A stretch of DNA of 64,000 bases from Octopus sinensis. Lineage: Eukaryota. Below the pieces are notes generated by a model, which searched no databases, had not been told where the DNA came from, and was given only the letters and a program-made list of their open reading frames with translations. The DNA is taken from positions 23,684,001-23,748,000 of the forward strand of contig NC_043018.1 of the NCBI RefSeq assembly GCF_006345805.1. The letters run 5' to 3'. How positions within the stretch are numbered: the stretch's first letter is position 1; each line of letters opens with the position of its first letter. The position numbers and the translations under genes were made by a program. Shown here piece by piece: positions 59,520 to 64,000 of the stretch.

Positions 59520-60355
59520 TTAAACAAAGGTGTTAAATTTGAACATTTTTGCTAATATCTTTTGTATATCTTGAACACTTAAATGCATGTTCTCCAGGAT
59601 GAACTTAATTCTTCTTTTGGGAAAGGAAACTTGATGCAAAAAAAAAAAATAATAAAAAAAAAATAATAATAATGATTCTTCCTCTGTGCAAAGCAGAGGG
59701 GTACCATAGCGAACGGTGATTATCTGAGGTGTGGCTATTGCTAGTTGAAATAATAATATTAATACAAGAGAAGGTACGACAAGGTCACCAGAATAATCCA
59801 CTGGGAACTATGTAACAAATTCGGTGTGGGAAAAGGAAGAAAACAGGATGATCTTGAGTCAATGGGTGCAGTAGAAAATGACAGGGTTAAGATCCTTTGG
59901 GACTTAATGATTCAATGTGATCAAAAAGTCAAACATCAAAAACCTGATATTGTACTGACAGACAAGGAAGAAAAGTCATGCCTGATAATAGATATTGCTT
60001 GTTCTGGTGACAGCAGAATCATTGAAAAAGAAGTAGTTAAACTGATGCAATATGAAATTCCGAGGAGAGAAATCAAAACACTCTGGTCAATGAAAAAAGT
60101 GTATATTGTCCCAATAATTGTTGGTGCCAAAGGTACAGTGAGTAAAAAATTTTTTTAAAAATTGGTTGCAAATATTAGGAATAAAAATGAAAACAGAACA
60201 GCATTTGTTGGTAGTGCAAGGGGTCTCTGCAAAGTCTTTGAGACTTGAAATGAAAGTATGACCTTAGTTCATGAGAAGTGGTCAGCCGGTACAATAATGA
60301 CTTCTCCAGCAACAAGCTGAGTATGTTAGATATAATAATAATAATAATAATAATC

Positions 60356-60386
<31 letters not shown>

Positions 60387-60667
60387 TGATGATAATAATA
60401 ACTGTTCTTGTGGGTACTGCCCACATCCTAACAAAAGCACTGTTAAGCAGAAAATACCTAATTCTCTTAAAGCTTTTTTCAAAATGGAAAAAAAATTTAA
60501 CAGATTCTTAGTTCTCAGATTCTGGTCTCCCTCGCCTGCAATAAATGTACCATTGCTAATCATAAATAACATCCATAGTAAACATCCAAGTTGCTGTTGC
60601 TTGAGTTCTTTGGAAGAAACTTACAGCAGCTCCTCTAAAACAATGCAACAACAATGAAATAATAATA

Positions 60668-60702
<35 letters not shown>

Positions 60703-61247
60703 GTGATTTCAAATTTTGGCACAAGACCAGCAATTTTGGGAGATGGGATGAATTGATTACATCAACTCCTGTGTTCAACTGGCACTTATTTTACTGATCC
60801 CTGAAAGGATGAAAGGCAAAGTTGACCTCAGCAGAATTTGAACTCAGAATGTAAGGATGGACAAAATGCCACTAAGTATTTTGCCTGGCATGAAATTGAT
60901 TCTGTCAGCTTGCCACCTTGATAATAATCTTCTATTATAAAAGCTGATCTCCATCACAACATATATGCAGAAAAAGAGAAGGGGAGGTTCAAAATAGGAG
61001 ATAACCTCTGTTACAACATATATGTAGAAGAAGAAAAAGGGAGGATTAAAGTTGTTGATGATGAGAGAGAAATACAGTGAGAGAGAGAGTGTGAAAGATA
61101 GATAGATAGGTAGTGTTGTCACCATAGTAACTAACAAGTTTTGATTAAAAATGCAAGAATTTTAAGTGCAAGTGTGCCAACACAATGCAACACAGACTCC
61201 AAAAAGAAGACTCTCACTATATAACAGTCTACTATTAATTGGCCGTA
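59520..61247 (-). other. Candidate exons of an unidentified gene or pseudogene (61136-61247, 60458-60619, 59520-59629)
   Basis: Three non-repetitive, AG/GT-bounded, phase-compatible open segments; two use rare AAG acceptors; no family recognised. Confidence 0.35.
59762..60330 (+). mobile_element. R4/Dong-clade non-LTR element 3' fragment (restriction-like endonuclease)
   Basis: YKRRYDKVTRIIHWELC..ENDRVKILWDLMIQCD..KPDIVL..IIDIAC..VPIIVGAKG, followed by (TAA)n. Confidence 0.85.
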
Positions 61248-62654
61248 CTATAGAAGGTTGTGACATTTGTCCACCACACTTTTTTGTATATATATATAAT
61301 ATGTAAAGTTACTTTTTTGATTGTTTGTGTGTGTTTCCGTATGTTTTTCAACATATAGACAGTGCAATACAAACTGTAAAAAAAGACTTTCACTTTGAAC
61401 AATGAAGGTACAAGCATGATTAATAAATATTTTTACTGGCAGCATAGCGATGGATAATAATAATAATAACAATAATAATATTTATTATTATTTCTAATCT
61501 AGGCACAAGGCCTTGAAAATTTTGTGGGGGAAGGGGGCTAGTTGATTACATCGACCCCAGTGTGTAATTGGTACTTATTTTATCAACCCCGAAAGGATGA
61601 AAAGCAAAGTTGACCTTAGCAGAATTTGAACTCAGAACGTAGTGGCAGACAAAATATTGCTAAGTATTTCATCCAACGTGCTAATGATTCTGCCAACTGA
61701 CCACCTTAATAATAATAACAACCAGTACCCATGGAAATTCTACAGTAAATACAAATTTTTTTAGATGGTTGTAAGTTTGTATAGAGCCATAAAAATCAGT
61801 GTTCTTTTACAAATTGTATATTCTGCATTATTTTCATCTAAAAAACACCTTTCAGTTCTTCTGATAAAGGCTGTAATTGAGGGAGCATGACTTTCCCATT
61901 CTCTCAACAGTTCATTTATAATTTCTAAGAGCTTCCCAATGATTACAGAGAATATTCATGTCACAAATGTAACTTTCAACCATATGTTTACAGTTTTTTT
62001 TTTTTTTTACTTTCTCTCTCAATTTCATCTTGTATTCAATCTTGAATATGTTCCCTTATCTGTTGTAAATACTCACTCTATACTCTTTGATTCATATTTT
62101 CTGTTCTACACACTGGTGCTCCCATGTTTTTTCCAGTGATTCAACCCCTTGCTTTTCTCATTGCATATACCATCCCAATCTTTCCCTTGTTAGCTTACAT
62201 CATCTATCGTCCATATTTTATAAACAAATACCAATTTTCAAATGAGATGATAAATAATTGCATTTATGTGCATGCATTAAATGATAGGTAATAGAAAAAA
62301 ATTATATAAATTTTAAAAAACTACACTTTTCACTATTTGCTCACCACTTCCAACACCATCACCACCATTATAGTTTTCAGTAACAATGCTCAGTCTAAAT
62401 TGTTTACCAACCAAGATTATTTCATTTCATTTCAGTTCAATTTATATCTTCTTTTCTTGCTGTCAATACAAAGTTTGAATTATAAATTTTAAGAAAATAA
62501 CATCCACAGTTATTTTGCTAAGTTATTTCACTTTCATTGAAAAATCTATCTTCCTGTCTATGATGAATTTATTACCATATCTAATGTAAGCCTTCCTTTT
62601 TCCATCCAGCCATTGACGTATTTGTCAATGTAGATAAATAGATCAACAGATTGT

Positions 62655-62830
62655 ATTGGCATCCTTTCTGTCTCGGGAGACAATGGAGTTGCGCATGAAG
62701 TAGTCTAGTCCGGCTTTTATATTTCATGTCCTGATACATTTCCTGCTGTGGCTGTGTAGTCCTATCCTGGACAAACACTCCCTCTGGCAGGTACCGCAAA
62801 TGTAGCGAAGACTGTTCCTGGCTGGTTGTA
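62655..62830 (-). mobile_element. RTE-clade LINE 3' end
   Basis: YICGTCQRECLSRIGLHSHSRKC* plus CATTGTCTCCCGAGACAGAAAGGATGCC 3' UTR. Confidence 0.75.
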
Positions 62831-64000
62831 ATCAACAGATTGAAGATATAAAAACATCAAATATTAAAGTGTTATAAAGTGATATAAAAACATCAAATAT
62901 TAAAGTGTTATTTTCTTGTCAACCACAATAATATATGATGTATAAAATTTCCTTCTGCTAAGCAATTTATATTTCTCTCTACTTCTAACTTCAACAAACA
63001 TTTTAACCATGTCATTCCCCTCTTCACCTCATTATCACTTCTCTCTTTTACTTCCACTGAGAACATGACAGCTTCATGCATCAGCTGATGCCCATAATGC
63101 CCTCTGCTAAATATTGTATTTCTAACTCTCTTTCTCTGTATCACTCCCTTCAACTAACTTTTAACTATAAGTATTACATCCCCCCTACCTCACATCTCTT
63201 TACCTTTCCCTTCCACTAATCATGTGACATTTCAGTCGAAGCAATTTATAGATACTCTCTCCATTTACCTTTCTTTAACCTCACTCCTCTGCTAAAAAGT
63301 CTATTTCTCACTCTCTTTATATCACTCACTTCAACTAACTTTTTAATTATGTTGTAACTATTACCTACTCTCTACCTCACATTGTCAACACTTCCCTCTC
63401 GCGTTTCACCTTTCCCTTCAACTAATCCTGTAACAGCATATAGCATTTCGGCCGTAGCATATTAATGTATAGATTCTTTTTACTATAGACACAAGGTCTG
63501 AAATTTGAGGGAGGGTTTAGTCAATTACCTCAACTCAAGTGCTCAACTGGTACTTATTTCATCAACCCTGAAAGGATGAAAAACGAAGTCAACCCCCCCT
63601 TGGGGGTTAATGTAATTGATTTTTCCCTCCCCTCAAAATTGCTGACCAAACTTAGAAAGAATATTACTCAGAAACAAGTAGGACCTGAGTGATATTTGGG
63701 GCCTTTTCCCTATGATGTTAGTAATATAACAAATTGTTCCAACTTAAAATTGAGGCCAGGTCCTGTAGTCAACTTATCAAGGAGCTCACCACTGCAATCC
63801 AGTGTCTGTCAACAGGAATGTAGTTTCTGATTAAAGAATATATATATTTCTTTTGTAACTACCACTCTCAATAAACTGAAAGACAAACTACTTATCTGAA
63901 AGGGAAGTAATTCTTCAAATAAATTCTGATACAGGGTTCAGGTGAAGTCTTCTGTAGCAGCACATATCATCAGTCAGTACAAACCTTTGTCCTCTTCCTC

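Noticed and set aside
60458-61250. Stop codons rescued by A-to-I editing in the candidate locus
   Set aside because: Nothing in the DNA supports it; alternative acceptors or decay explain the stops more simply.
62581-62835. 84-aa ORF as a host exon
   Set aside because: Another frame gives the RTE C-terminal zinc finger followed by an RTE-type 3' UTR.
63669-64000. Single pseudo-exon read through several stops
   Set aside because: About five stops in 110 codons is what chance gives in AT-rich DNA; kept only as context for the 59-64 kb candidate.

Overview
AT-rich, microsatellite- and SINE-dense animal genomic DNA. The SINE families point to an octopod cephalopod (inference). Three genes can be built from the sequence. 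(1) The 5' part of SPAG17/PF6 on the minus strand: 11 phase-consistent GT-AG exons, 28006 to about 701, presumably continuing off the left edge. (2) An intronless MECR on the plus strand (30036-31157), head-to-head with SPAG17. (3) A complete 10-exon OSCP1 on the minus strand (52822-36868, 382 aa). An unidentified or decayed multi-exon locus may lie at about 54-64 kb. The rest is mobile DNA: four SINE families, RTE/CR1/R4-Dong/CRE LINE fragments, mariner/Tc1, hAT and piggyBac-like MITEs, Helitrons and a solo LTR. The most unusual signal is a set of short elements in or next to (TA)n tracts, often folded back on themselves, carrying minimal type I hammerhead ribozyme motifs of the Penelope/retrozyme kind. 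One is a perfect 158-bp palindrome encoding a hammerhead on both strands, and others have core variants (U3-G8, U3-A8, C4). All homology calls are from recognition and hand translation; no searches were run.
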